From assembly GCF_001447785.1 (NCBI RefSeq), contig NW_015174849.1, positions 16,760-80,759 on the forward strand: a stretch of 64,000 bases of DNA, given 5' to 3'. Under the pieces are notes generated by a model. That model ran no database searches. It was not told the origin of the DNA and saw nothing but the letters and a program-made list of their open reading frames with translations. The translations under genes were made by a program, and so were the position numbers. Below are positions 1-11,986 of the stretch, piece after piece. Each line of letters opens with the position of its first letter. The stretch's first letter is position 1. This stretch comes from Gekko japonicus (Eukaryota).

Positions 1-627
1 CGGCGGTTGCAGTCTCGGGTTCCGGAGACCCGTCTTCCGCTGTCGGGGACTGGCCGCCTGTGTGAACCGGGAGCCACTCTCTCGGTTCTTCTGCTAACGC
101 CTGATAGGGCTCAAGGTCTCAGTCTGGCAAAGAGTGACTTATTTCTCTCCGTCAACGTTCCAAGCAGTTTATGCTTAAAAAGCTCACCTCTTTAATCTCC
201 GGTTCGCCTCTGGACAAGGGGAGGGAGTCACCCAGTAACAACGCTGTTCCACAGTTCAAATGTTGAAAGATCATAGCAAAATTTATTGAAGATGATTACA
301 AAATCACTACTCACTGCACCCCAGCAGTGAGTATCAGACGCCGTGAGATTCACAGAGTACCCTGCTTCCTGGCCCCCGTGGCCTGGAAAGGTAAGTAACT
401 AAAAAACTGCAGAAAGACATTGGATATCAAGCTGTCGCTCCCCCCCCCCTTCAAGGGCTGGCAGCTAATTATTATCTGCAGCTGTGGAGTTCTTAAAGAA
501 AAAGGCAAAACTCCAAGGTCTTCTGCTAAGACAGTTCACGGGGCTGGAGCTGAAACCACTTAGAGTGTCTGTTTCAAATTAATCATCTAAAAGTGAAAGG
601 AGAAGCATATGCTGCTTCCGTACAGCC

Positions 628-1177
628 CCTATCTATACCTTGTGGCTAATAGCCACTGGTGGACCTCTGCTCCATATGTTTATCTAATTCCCTTTTGAAG
701 TCGTCCATGCTTGTAGCCACCACCACCTCCTGTGGCAGTGAATTCCATGTGTTAAACACTCTTTGGGTGAAGAACTACTTCCTTTTATCCGTTTTAACCT
801 GACTGCTCAGCGATTTCCTTGAGTGCCCATGAGTTCTTGTATTGTGAGAAAGGGAGAAAAGTACCTCTTTCTCTACCTGCTCTATCCCATGCATAATCTT
901 ATAAACCTCAATCATGTCACCCCTCAGTCGTCATTTCTCCAAGCTAAAGAGCCCTAAGCGCTTTAACCTTTCTTCATAGGGAAAGTGTTCCAATCCTTTT
1001 ATCATTCAAGTTGCCCTTTTCTGCACTTTTTCCAAAGCTGTAATGTCCTTTTTTAGGTGTGGTGACCAGAACTGTACACAGTATTCCAAATGAGGTTGCA
1101 CCATTGACTTATATAGGGGCATTATGATATTGGCTGATGATATTGGTTTTCAATACCCTTCCTAATAATCCTCAGCT
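628..1177 (-). mobile_element. CR1 LINE 3' fragment (degenerate ORF2 C-terminus)
   Basis: Minus strand reads like YEERLKRLGLFSLEK.RLRGDMIEVYKIMHG...FFTQRV..TWNSLPQEVV, with stops. Confidence 0.85.
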
Positions 1178-1372
1178 TGATGCGTGGGCCCTGATAGAAT
1201 CTTGGTGAGCCCTAGTGCTGCCATGGATGACACCAGGTCTGTAGCCTGCTACAATGGGGCAGCATTGGCATGGATGTTAAAGTTCCCAAGCATAACAAGC
1301 CTTGGGAACTCCAAGGCCCCACTGGTGGCCTCCTCTAACAGGCTTAGGAGGCTGTATGCTGGGTGCTAGGCG

Positions 1373-1733
1373 AACAGTAAACCTGAAAGACAGCCAAACT
1401 CACCTCAGGGTTCCAAACCAGGCCTACACAATCAATACCAGAGATCTTTTGAATGGGGGCACCATGAATAATTCCTCCCTGTGTTCCTCTTAACTAGCCT
1501 TGTGTGTGTTCTCTCTGTCTCTCTCTGTCTCTGTCTCCCTCTGTCTTTTTGTTCATATCTCTTTCTTTTAAATAAAAACCTTTCCAGTTGAACATCTTCC
1601 TGCTTTACTGAAGAGTTCTCTTAATAGAAAATCTCCATAAACATAGATGGAGAATCCCAGTTAACCCATCTTGCTCTGCCTCCTTTAAGCTAATCCCCCC
1701 CAACTAATTAGGAGACTGCCTCCTTGGGTAACA
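1373..1733 (+). mobile_element. LTR-like remnant
   Basis: CT-rich tract, AATAAA near 1572, ends ...GGGTAACA (typical LTR 3' end). No internal ORF or TSD seen. Confidence 0.35.
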
Positions 1734-2565
1734 ATACGGAATTCAATAGAAATTGTGACTGCATTTGTACTGGATGTGTTTATAAAGTAGTGCATGGGCT
1801 ATAAGGAAGAAAAGAATGAATTATCATTATGACTTTCTGCTTAAGTCTGATATGCCCAGTTTGCTCTTTAGGGTGGAAACCTGCCTTCACGGGTGGGACC
1901 TTGTGAAACAAAGAGTCGAGTTCTGGTTCAGGGGTAATAAACCTGCTCTTGCCTGGTGCAATTGTCATGGCAGACCATGAGAAAGCAATGATCACCAAGA
2001 TCTTTACCCAGCCTCCCATTCGCCTGGTCACAGCTTCAGCCATGTTGATATTTTCTGAAGGTTGTTCTTCCCTGAAAGTTTGGGAAAACTCATATGCCCC
2101 TTCCATGATCCCTTTCACAGGGAGGCATGTTGGTGAGTTCTCGCAAACATGCCTTCTCCATCTCTGCACCTGCGTTCAAACCCAAAGAGAGAGTCCAGGA
2201 CGATGCAGATTCTTTCCCTTGTCATTATCCAAATCATGGTGATTTATTCCGTCGCTCGACAAAGCTCCGGGGATTTCTCTAAAGTTTGCTTTGAAACCAA
2301 TAAGGTAAATATGGGAAACAAGAGCAAGATGATGTAATGTCTTGCAACAGGCCTGGAAAGTCTGGTGCATAAAAGCCTCTTGTTCCAGTGAGTTCAGGGG
2401 ATGAGATGTCTTTTGGGGGGGATGACTGTGTTGATCCAAAGCTCGAGATCATTCACTTTCAACTTGATTGAGGGCAGTACTGTTCAAGTGACTGCAGCCT
2501 TGCAGCTTCTCTGTCAGTCTTTGAGAACAGGTGCCTGTGAGGGGAAAGGCGCAAGGAGACAGAGG

Positions 2566-2780
2566 ATGATCTTGCGTCTGCTGCTGCTGCTGCTGCTGCT
2601 GCCTCTTGCAGCCTGCCGGGTGGGGAGGGTCAAATGCCCATCCATTGGAATGACAGATGAAACAGTACCTTTTAATTACTTCCGAACAGGAGACTACCTT
2701 ATTGCTGGACTCATCACCTTTTTACTTAGAAGCATCCCACCACGAACCTTCAGGGAGCCTCCCTTTTTAATGAGAACAGT
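2566..2780 (+). CDS. V2R (vomeronasal type-2 receptor, class C GPCR) exon 1: signal peptide and start of Venus-flytrap domain
   Basis: ATG at 2566 gives MILRLLLLLLLLPLAACRVGRVKC...YFRTGDYLIAGLI (signal peptide plus class C GPCR 'GDYxIGG'-like motif). Donor GTAAGT at 2781, phase 2. Confidence 0.9.
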
Positions 2781-3979
2781 GTAAGTCAGTCCTCGGTGAA
2801 CCTTTTCAGCGTGTATGATGGGACAGAATTGTGGGTTCTTTCTTATGAACAACTGTCAGTGTGCCGCTTTGCTTCTATCTCCTGCATCTGATAAGCGAGT
2901 AAAATGTTGCCAAGTGTTTCCCACTGCCAAGAATCTGGGAATCAAGCATTTTATAACATATTCCCAAATTGGAGAAAAAACAGTAGGATTTGCTCACTTC
3001 ACAACTTCACTACCACAGCTCCTTGAAACCCAAAACGAACAAGCGGCAAAGAGCCTCCAGCAGGGTGATTTTCAAGACAGGTTCCTCAAGGAGAAAGAGA
3101 TTGCCTGATTCCTGTCCTTACATAATGACTGGGAGGAGGATTAAAGCCCGGTCCTCTGTAGTCTCAGTGGAATGTAACTGCTGTTGGACTGCGGGGGGGG
3201 GGGGCTTGCATTTTAAAAAAATCTGTAAAGTCAGATTGCCAATTATTATTTGAGAGAGCATCTTTCTTCTTCTTCTTCTTCTCACAGTGTTCCCTCTGAG
3301 CAACCCTAGTTCCTGGCCCTACCTGAGCTTTCATCACCTGTCCTGCTCCTGCCTCTTTCCTAGCTTTGGATGACGTCACCTCCTCTTGCCATCTCCCCCA
3401 GGTCCGAGGCCCTTGTCTTGTTCTCCTCCCCCTCCCCTTCTCTCTCCTAGCTGCTGCCCTTTAACTCTCCGGACCAGTTATCTAGGGTTGACAACCTCCA
3501 GGTGGCGCCTGGGGATCTCCTGCTATTATACCTTTTTATTATTAATTTTATCAGAACCATAAGATATAACCTGTTACAACAATAAGCCTCACATGAAAAC
3601 AACAAGACATATCTGTGGCATAAATGTAAACTGCCGATAACTCTAAAATAACCTGTTTCTAACTCTTAGAAATACAACAATTCTTGGTAATGTTTGTTTT
3701 TAGGAATTACTTCTCCCTCTGCAAGGTATTGAACCACTGGGAACCATACTGCTTGAAATGCTTTAGCGTTCCAGTGTGTTTGAGGAAACATTATTTTCCC
3801 ATAAACATCTTTCAGGTGAAATTTTAGTCCTCCTTTCACTGGCAAGGCAGCCCTGATAAACCTCACTGCGAACCAGTCGAAGCTGTACCAATCCTAGAAG
3901 AAAGAGACTGCATTTCCACAGGTAGCCCAGCACTGGGATACTGCCCCAAAGGATCGTGTGTGATACACCATCCAGGTGC

Positions 3980-4190
3980 TGGGACTGCTGTGGCTCAGTG
4001 GAAGAGCCTCTGCTCTGCATAGAGAAGGGCCCAGGTTCAATCCTTGGCCTCTCCAGTTAGAAAGGACCAGGCAGTAGGTGCTGTGAGAGACGTCAACCTG
4101 AGATCCTGGAGAGCCACTGGCAGTCTGTGTAGACAGTTCTGACTTTGACGGAGCAGAGGTCTGCTTCAGTAAAAGGCAGCTTCAGGTGTG
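3980..4190 (+). mobile_element. tRNA-derived SINE (Squam2-like)
   Basis: A box GTGGCTCAGTGG, B box GGTTCAATCC, non-tRNA body. A related inverted copy lies at about 15822-16010. Confidence 0.65.
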
Positions 4191-4298
4191 CTCTCTCTCT
4201 CTCTCAGTCTCCAAAAATGACCAATTTCATTGTCACTGCAAATCACCACAACCAAGGGCGTAGACTTTCCAATTTCCCGGGGGGGGCTGGGGCTGGGC

Positions 4299-4468
4299 CA
4301 GAGGCATTGCTAATTCATTAAAAGAACTGGGACCCAATGACATCATAGGGAGGAGCTAGTGATATCACAGGCATGGTCACTATCTATGGAGGTGGACCCA
4401 TGTGGGATTTAGGCATGGGCTCCCCAGAAATTTAGGGAGGCCTGGGAACCGCCCTAGCAATGTCCCTG
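4299..4468. mobile_element. hAT MITE nested in the left end of the composite element
   Basis: TIRs CAGAGGCATTGCTA / TAGCAATGTCCCTG; TSD GGCTGGGC at 4291-4298 and 4469-4476. Confidence 0.75.
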
Positions 4469-4991
4469 GGCTGGGCTAACCCCAGGAACAGTTGCCTTCT
4501 TAGCACACTGCTTAGAAACTTAGAAAGCCCCCCACACTGGAATAAGAACATAGTATCAGGCCATACCACATTGCAATAAAGCCCCTACAACTGTATACAG
4601 AAATACTGAGCTTCCCTAACATTTGCCACAACTAGCCCACCACACAAGAAGAAGAAGCGGTGATGTCAGGGGGCGTGGCATATGCAAATAAGTTATGCTA
4701 ATGAGTTATGCTAATGAGCTCCGGCAGCTCTTTTTCTACAACAAGACCCCTGCATACATGTATGACAGAAACTGCTCATACTAGGTTGCCAGGTACCTCC
4801 CGGCCACTGGCGGGGGATGCCAGATACAGACTGGGAGCCAGCAGGCTCTGTTTCAGGCCATCCGCCACAGCCTCCAACCCCTCAAAAAGTTCTCCTCTTC
4901 CGAGATCTATCATTGGAAGCATTAAATAAACAGAGAAGCCTTAAACCCATCACAACTAGGCTTGCTAATGCATGCATTCATTACAGATAAC

Positions 4992-5328
4992 AACATAAGA
5001 GAAGCCATTGTTGGATCAGGCCAATGGCCCATCCAGTCCAACACTCACACAGTGGCCAAAAATACCAGGTGCCATCAGGAGGTCCAGCAGTGGGGCCAGG
5101 ACACTAGAAGCCCTCCCACTGTGCCCCCCCCAAGCACCAAGAATACAGTGCATCACTTGCCCCAGACTGAGAGTTCCTATCTATAGCTTGTGGCTAATAT
5201 CCACTGATAGATCTTTGCTCCATATGTTTATCTAATTCCCTCTTGAAGCCGTCCATGCTTGTAGCTGCCACCACCTCCTGTGGTAGTGAATTCCACGTGT
5301 TAATCACTCTTTGGGTGAAGTACTTCCT
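4992..5328 (-). mobile_element. CR1 LINE 3' end
   Basis: Near-identical to the copy at 35027-35382 and overlapping 628-1177; begins with the AACATAAG tail motif. Confidence 0.85.
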
Positions 5329-6189
5329 CGTCTGGTCTGCTACAAGTAGTATCATCCTTAATCACCAAGAGAAGACCTATGTAGCTACAAGATCTAGAGA
5401 GCAGGCAAGGTCTCCTCCAAGCTTTAAACATCGAAGCTCCAGCAGACCCTCCAAAGATTTCTTCAAAGGAAGAAAACAAATGGAGCAAAATACCAATTAC
5501 ACAGTCTCAATAACATTAAAGCTAGCATTAATACTGATGCACTTTCTCCTTATTCTTTTCTTAGTTATATGATATGTAATTTGAACAAGGGATCAAGGTT
5601 GTTTCCTTGAACAAGTCATGATTTGGGCAATAGGATTGATGAAATTTTTGTTTAGAGTCTGGGGGGGGGGTACCTATTAGAGAGATTGACATAGAGGTCC
5701 AGTTAGCTTGCCTGAGGGCCACAATATAACTGTAATTAGTGAAAATGAGCCTTGTTTGCTTCAGAAACAGCGGTGCTACCCTGTTTGTTTAAGATGGGGG
5801 AGATAAATTACCAGGGCTTGAAATGCTCGTTAAAGATATGCATTATTTTCTCAAACCCAGTGGCCAATGTGAGGATGGCGTGGGGATGGTATAATTTCCT
5901 GCGAAGTCCTTCCCATGCTGTGTGCTCACAGGCTCCTTGGAGCTGAGCACCATATAATTGATGTGCAGCCTGCATTGCTGAAGCTTGGACTGCACCATTC
6001 TCAGCGTGAGGGAAGATGTAATCTGATCTCCGTGCCGCTAAGGGAGGAATCTATTCAGTCAAGGCTTTGACAGGGCAAACTCTCCCTCCAGGCTTCTCCC
6101 CCCCCCCTTTCATTATTCCCTTAAGTTCTTCTCAGACAAGCTGTATGCATGTATGTGTGCCTGGAGAAGCTGCTTGATACCGAGCTTCG

Positions 6190-7264
6190 TTCACGTTTGT
6201 TTGCAGTGGAGTTTGGTCAGAGCAAGCGGGCCCCTTTCTTCTGACGGCCAAACGCAAAGCCGAGGGCGGCATGCCGCGTCCTCCCGGGCCCGGCGCAGCC
6301 TGAGGGCGCAGGAATCCGGCCCAGGGTGAATTCCGCGCACTGTTCTCCAGCTCAGGCGGCTCGTTGGCGGCCGCAGCTGGGGGGGGGCGCAGGCAGGCTG
6401 GAAAGGAAGGCGGGAGGGAGGCCGCCCGCTTGTTTCTCTCACCACCGGGAGCCGGGCAGGCAATGCCCAGGCAGCAGGGACTCACCGAGGGACGCAGATG
6501 GGCGCGGAGCCATCCATCTCCAGGCCGAGATTTCCGAGCCCTTCCGCCTTCCTCCCCTCTGCCTCGGCAGCCCAGTGCGGTGCGCGGCCGCGTGCCTCCT
6601 TTGTCCGACCTCCCGCTCTTCTCCCGTGCCCCCATTGCCTCTCTCGCGCACGAGCCAGTGCACTCACACGTGCCACCACTGCACGCGGTTAACCAACCCC
6701 GCCGGCCATGCAGAGGGCGCGTGGCGGCGGCCCCGCCTCCCCCGTGACGTCCCGCACCTGGCCGCCCTCTCGCCCAATGAGCGGCCACAGGGCCAAGGGC
6801 GACGAGCGGCGGCTTCTGCCTGGGGTCTGGCCTGGCGCTCCGGAGCGATGGCGGCGGCAACAGCGGCGGTGGGTCGCCCCACGGAGGCCTCCCGAGCGGG
6901 GCGGCAGCGGCGCCCTCGGGCGAACAGAGTCATGGGCACTCCCCACTTCTCCCTCCCCCCCTCCCCGGCCACTGGACTGGAGGCAGCCGCTGCAGCCACG
7001 TGCCGGGCGGGTGAGGCGCGGCAGAGAGAGAGCACCTCTACCCACCCATGCCGCCGCGGCCTCCCCGGGCACGCACAGCCACCTGAGAGGCGCCTCCGGA
7101 GCGGGCATTTGCGTTCCCCCCGGCCAGAGCCGCGGGGAGGAGGAGGAGTGAGGGAAGCCGGCCAGCCGAGGAGAGCAGCAGCGGCTCTTTGGTGCAGGGC
7201 TGGCTTGGGAGGGCCAGGGGTGGGCGGGGCTTCTGGGAAATTTCGGGGGGGGGGCGGGAGAGCC
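6190..7264. promoter_or_regulatory. CpG-island-like GC-rich segment with promoter-type motifs
   Basis: CpG-dense against a CpG-poor background. GC box CCCCGCC 6731-6737, CRE-like TGACGT 6745-6750, CCAAT 6774-6778, ATGGCGGCG at 6848. Confidence 0.5.
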
Positions 7265-7519
7265 NNNNNNNNNNNNNNNNNNNNNNNNNNNNNNNNNNNN
7301 NNNNNNNNNNNNNNNNNNNNNNNNNNNNNNNNNNNNNNNNNNNNNNNNNNNNNNNNNNNNNNNNNNNNNNNNNNNNNNNNNNNNNNNNNNNNNNNNNNNN
7401 NNNNNNNNNNNNNNNNNNNNNNNNNNNNNNNNNNNNNNNNNNNNNNNNNNNNNNNNNNNNNNNNNNNNNNNNNNNNNNNNNNNNNNNNNNNNNNNNNNNN
7501 NNNNNNNNNNNNNNNNNNN
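7265..7519. other. Assembly gap (255 N)
   Basis: Run of N flanked by very GC-rich, G-run sequence. Confidence 1.
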
Positions 7520-7658
7520 GGGCTGAAGCCCCCCAGCCCCCCCGAAGATTACGCCGGTGACCACAACTGCTTTTGCCCATACCAGGTAATGCATCAGCAA
7601 GGCCCAGGTGCATATGGCATCCCTAGAATATATTACATGTTTATGTATTTCCTGGCAG

Positions 7659-7950
7659 GCTTCGAGGGCCAATCTGGCACCGCTTTGCCTTCTCATTGGC
7701 CATTCAGGAGATCAACCAAAATCCCAGACTCTTACCAAATAATATCACCCTCGGCTACACCGTCTATGACAACAATATGCATCAAAGAATGACGTCTAAT
7801 GCTGTGCTAGACCTGCTGTCCTCTGGCCAGGAGATCATTCCAAACTACAAGTGTGGCAGACAGAATAACCTCTTGGCTGTTCTTGAAGGGTCTGAGTCTG
7901 ACATCTCCATTGACGTTTCAACACTCTTGAGCACCTACAAAGTCCCACAG
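7659..7950 (+). CDS. V2R exon 2
   Basis: Acceptor CAG ends 7658; reads (V)[38 protein letters not shown]...IPNYKC...YKVPQ, with the canonical AIxEIN..LLPN.TLGY motif. 292 nt; donor GTATGA at 7951, phase 0. Confidence 0.93.
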
Positions 7951-8249
7951 GTATGAACCCGGGATGGGGCCAATGTCTCTGGAGAAACACTGATGGACTT
8001 CAAAATGTTTCTGGCACAGATCAAAACCAGGTTTTAGGGGAGTTGAGGGGATTTGAGAGAGAATTTGGTCCTCTGGTGATTGATCTGCATCCCTCCTTAC
8101 ACTAGTTGTACTAGGTTCTGAAAAAGTCTTTGTTGCCTGGAGGAGGAACCCAACAAAGGAACTCTCTGCAAAAAGGGACTCCCTTTCTTAGATGGCCTGT
8201 ATACATCTTCCTTTAGAAGCTGAAAACTTTTGGAACAGCCAGCCTGGTG

Positions 8250-8455
8250 CAGTGTTCCCTCTAAGCTGAGTTAGTGTGAGCTGGCTCACAGTTTTTTAAC
8301 CTCTAGCTCACACATTTTTGTCTTAGCTCAGGAAGGATGGCTCCAGAGCAAATTAATTCATGCAGCAGCCAAATCGCTTGCTCACAACTTTAATGCTGGT
8401 AGCTCACAAAGTAGAATTTTCGCTCACAAGATTCCAAAGCTTAGAGGGAACATTG
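8250..8455. mobile_element. hAT MITE family A, copy 1 (206 bp)
   Basis: TIRs CAGTGTTCCCTCTAAG...CTTAGAGGGAACATTG; TSD not clear. Confidence 0.85.
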
Positions 8456-8547
8456 GTGGTGGAGTATGGAAATCTAGGAATATTGACTTATAGAGCCTCA
8501 TTTGAGCAAACGTTATTTTGTGTGAGAGAGATTTCTATATCAATATG

Positions 8548-8890
8548 CAGAGGTCATTTCGGGGGGGATCGCGGGGGATCGCAGTTCCCCCGGGTGAGGT
8601 GTGGGAGGGCGGGGCACACGATGAAGCCACACCCCCTGCTTCCAGCCGCCCTGCTTCCGGCCCTCATTCAGCCAGGAGGGGGCAGGAGAAGAGGGAGGGT
8701 AAGTTGCTTCTTCCCCACCTCTCCCCACCCCTGCCTGCCTGGGGCCAGGGAGGGCCTTGGCGGGGCTTCCTCGCACTCCCGCCGGCCTTGCAGGTCCACC
8801 GCCGGGCCTTATGATGTCAGGGGGTGTGGCATATGCTAATGAGTTATGCTAATGAGTTCCCCTAGCTCTTTTCCTATGAAACGACCCCTG
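8548..8890. mobile_element. hAT MITE family B (GC-rich core)
   Basis: TIRs CAGAGGTCATTTC / GAAACGACCCCTG; exact TSD TCAATATG at 8540-8547 and 8891-8898. Confidence 0.85.
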
Positions 8891-9215
8891 TCAATATGAT
8901 TTGCATTTTTAAAAATTGTTTTGTCTAATGAAAACGTCGTTGTTTCACCTTCCGAATGACCTGGTGAGGGTTACAGATCTTGGGTTCTTATGGGTCAAGG
9001 TTATCCCTAGGGCAAAACCTCTCCTCCACTTCTGATCACCACTGAAAGTGATGCCACAGTGTGGGAGATCTCCATCAGAAAAGTTCAGGGCTGAAAACAA
9101 TCCCTGCGTTTCAAGGGTTTCCCTTTAACATCATAAAGCTATATGAAGCATTTTGTAAAATTTATTGACAGTTATTTAAAGTGATGAAATCCAAATGTGA
9201 CTTCCCCCCCATCAG

Positions 9216-10037
9216 GTCAGTCATGATGTGGATTTTACAGTTCTTAAGGATCAAACTCGGTTTCCTTTCTTCTACCAAATGGCCCGAAAGGAAGAAGCCC
9301 ACTACCTGGGCATTGTCAACCTGCTCCTGCATTTCCGATGGACGTGGGTTGGTCTCTTTGCTTCTGACACCGACACTGGGGAAAAGTTCAAGAGCACCTT
9401 GACACGTCTCATGCTCAGGAGTGGCATCTGTGTTGCCTTTGCACACAGCTTTGAAGAACGTGGTGTTGGTGCCTTTATTTGGCCAGAAGAAAGAAGGCAA
9501 CGCTTCAGTTCATTTCTCACTGAAGACCAAGTCAATGCATTTGTTTTCTATGGAGATTTTGTATCCCTAATATTTCTTATAGTGAATTTAAATCAAATGA
9601 AAGTCAAACGGCATGGAGTTTGGATCACAACTCTTTCGTTCAACTCCCTCTTCAGCTTGAACTGTCTTTCTATTCCCTTTGATGCCCTGTCTCACGGATC
9701 TTTCTCCTTGAGAATTCAAACAAAGGAAAGGGTGATGTTTCACAATTTACAAGTATGTAACCCTCTTCTCCAGGAGTTTGAGAAAGCATTTAATTTGGGT
9801 TACACAATTCCCATTTTCTCCTCGAGAGCCCAACGGAGATGCAGAGAGGCTGCAGAGAGGCTGGAGGACAGGAGTTGGGAAGTCCTGAAAGAACACCTGC
9901 CTCTCAGGGCCTACAATGTTTACACCTCCATCTATGCGGTGGCACATGCATTACATGCTGCCTACTCATCCAGATCTCAGAGGCTGATGAGGGCTGGTGG
10001 AGACAGATGGGACCATGAACGAATACAACCTTGGCAG
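9216..10037 (+). CDS. V2R exon 3
   Basis: Acceptor CAG ends 9215; VSHDVDF...RFPFFYQM...LLLHFRWTWVGL...GICVAF...VYTSIYAVAHALH...QPWQ. 822 nt open; donor GTATCC at 10038, phase 0. Confidence 0.93.
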
Positions 10038-10408
10038 GTATCCCTTTCCTGTAAATTGAGAAAACTATTCAGCAGTTTTTCATTGAAAGGATTATTGTGG
10101 ATCTAGACAGAAGTGGTTGTCAAGTAGCATTTAGCAAATTTCCAAGCCAAACCCAGTCTCTGACTCCCTTGGGAACCTCCTCCTTCTTGCTCCCTCTGGG
10201 GAACTGAAGAGGGGAAATCCCCATTAGTTCCCCCGGGGTGCCCTACTGCTCATCCTTCTTACTGAACGGAAACTCTCCCCCTCACCACATTCAGTTCTGT
10301 CCACAGTCTGGGCTGGACTGACTGGGATGCAAGGGGGAACTAAGATCAGCCAGCCAACCTTAGTGACATTTCCATGTATGTTTCAAGACAAGATTCTTAA
10401 CATGAGGT

Positions 10409-11201
10409 TTGTTGTTGTTGTTGTTGTTGAGTCGCACTGTCGAGTCCGACTCTTTGCGACACCATGGAACACATCACGCCAGGCCGTCCTGTCTTCCGCT
10501 GTCCTCTGAAGTTGGCTCAATTTCATGTTGGTTGCATCGATGACACTGTCTAACCATCTCATCCTTTGCCGTCCCCATCTTCTTTGACCTTCAATCTTTC
10601 CCAGCATCAGGGTCTTCTCCAGTGAGCGCTCCCTTCTCATTGGGTGGCCAAAGTATTTGAGCTTCAGTTTCATTATCTGGCCTTCCAGGGAACAGTCAGG
10701 GTTGATTACTTTTAGGATTGACTGATTTGATCTTCTTGCAGTCCAAGGGACTCTCAAGAGTCTTCTCCAGCACCATAGTTCAAAAGAATCTATTCTTCGG
10801 CGCTCGGCCTTCCTTATCGTCCAACTCTCGCAGCCATACATGACTACTGGGAATACCATTGCTTGGACCATGCGTATTTTTGTTGGCAGGGTGATGTCTC
10901 TACTTTTTATCATGCTGTTTAGGTTCGCCATCGCTTTCCTCCCAAGGAGCAGGCGTCTTTTAATTTCATGGCTGCAGTCACAGTCTGTGGTGATCTGGGA
11001 TCCCAGGAACGTGAAGTCTGTCACCACTTCCGCGACTTCCCCTTCTATTTGCCAAGGAGTGATGGGGCCGGATGCCATGATCTTAGTTTTTTTGATGTTG
11101 AGCTTCAAGCCCACTTTTGCGCTCTCCTCTTTTACCCTGAGCAAGAGGCTCTTTGGGTCCTCTTCACTTTCAGCCATTAGAGTGGTATCGTAGAGTGGTA
11201 T
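10409..11201 (-). mobile_element. RTE-BovB LINE, 5'-truncated, open reading frame retained
   Basis: DTTLMAESEE...GLKLNIKKTKIM...HEIKRRLLLGRKAM...VFPVVMYGCESWT...FELWCWRRLLRVPWTARRSNQSIL...LKYFGH...MRWLD; (CAA)n 3' tail. Confidence 0.95.
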
Positions 11202-11758
11202 TAAGACACATACAGGCAATTAATTCATTTGGGAAACAAATTTGTGCTCAGTCCTCCTTAGTTATTTCTTAGACAATGGGGATTTCAATTGCCGAAAGTG
11301 CGGACTATTCTGCAATAATTGTCTGAGAAAGGTTATGGGTGGTCCAGAGTCATCACCAGTGGTGGATTTCTTGTATTAGCCAACTTAAAGCATTGCCCAC
11401 AATGGGTAGGAACGTTCCTGTAGATTTGAGGGCAGAGCCTGGCCATGGACCCTTTCATTGAGAGCCAACGCAGTTTAGTGGTTCGTGTTTTGGCCTGGGA
11501 TTTGGGAGATGCTGGTTTGAGTCCTCATATACCACTGAACCTTCGGCTAGTGACTCCCTCTTATCCTAACACACCTCAGTCATTGGGGGGAGAAGACTCT
11601 TGCTACCATGAAGAATTTGTCATTGTTTGCTTAAAGGAAAGCATGGTGTAGACATCTAAATGTATAAAACTGATGAGTAAGAAGAATACCACAGCTGCAA
11701 TGACTTTGTAGAAGAGTCTTCTGTCTTCTAAATGCTGCTGTTTTCTTTGTGATTCCAG

Positions 11759-11986
11759 CTTCATCCGTTCCTGAGACACTACCAGTTTCACAACACTTCT
11801 GTGGGTGGGAAGGATTTGGGTGAAAACGGGGACCTAGAAGTCAACTCAGACATTGTGAATACAATCATCTTGCACAATGGTTCCGTCTCGAGTGTGAAAG
11901 TTGGGAGAATAGAAAGACAGGCCTCTGGGGAGATAAAGCTGACCATTGATCAGGAAGCTATTGTGTGGCCCCTTTGGTATAAGCAG
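11759..11986 (+). CDS. V2R exon 4
   Basis: Acceptor CAG ends 11758; LHPFLRHYQFHNTS...ENGDL...DIVN...VKVG...IVWP...KQ. 228 nt; donor GTGGGG at 11987, phase 0. Confidence 0.92.

Larger units (their letters stand above)
4253..7559. mobile_element. Large non-autonomous hAT-type composite element
   Basis: Exact 8-bp TSD ACCACAAC at 4245-4252 and 7560-7567. Imperfect TIRs CAAGGGCGTAGAC and reverse complement CACCGGCGTAATC. Spans the assembly gap. Confidence 0.7.

Noticed and set aside
1-600. Possible minus-strand LTR at the window start
   Set aside because: Only a polyA-like signal and general appearance; no termini, PBS or TSD could be fixed.
1780-2439. ORFs of 87-129 aa upstream of the V2R start
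   Set aside because: No recognisable homology or splice structure; likely chance ORFs in the promoter region.
2401-2565. Upstream in-frame ATG at 2401 as the V2R start
   Set aside because: The signal peptide begins at ATG 2566; the extra 55 residues do not resemble a V2R N-terminus.
6132-7792. Many long overlapping ORFs (up to 488 aa) on both strands
   Set aside because: Low-complexity Arg/Gly/Pro/Ala translations from extreme GC content, some inflated by the N gap; no recognisable domain.
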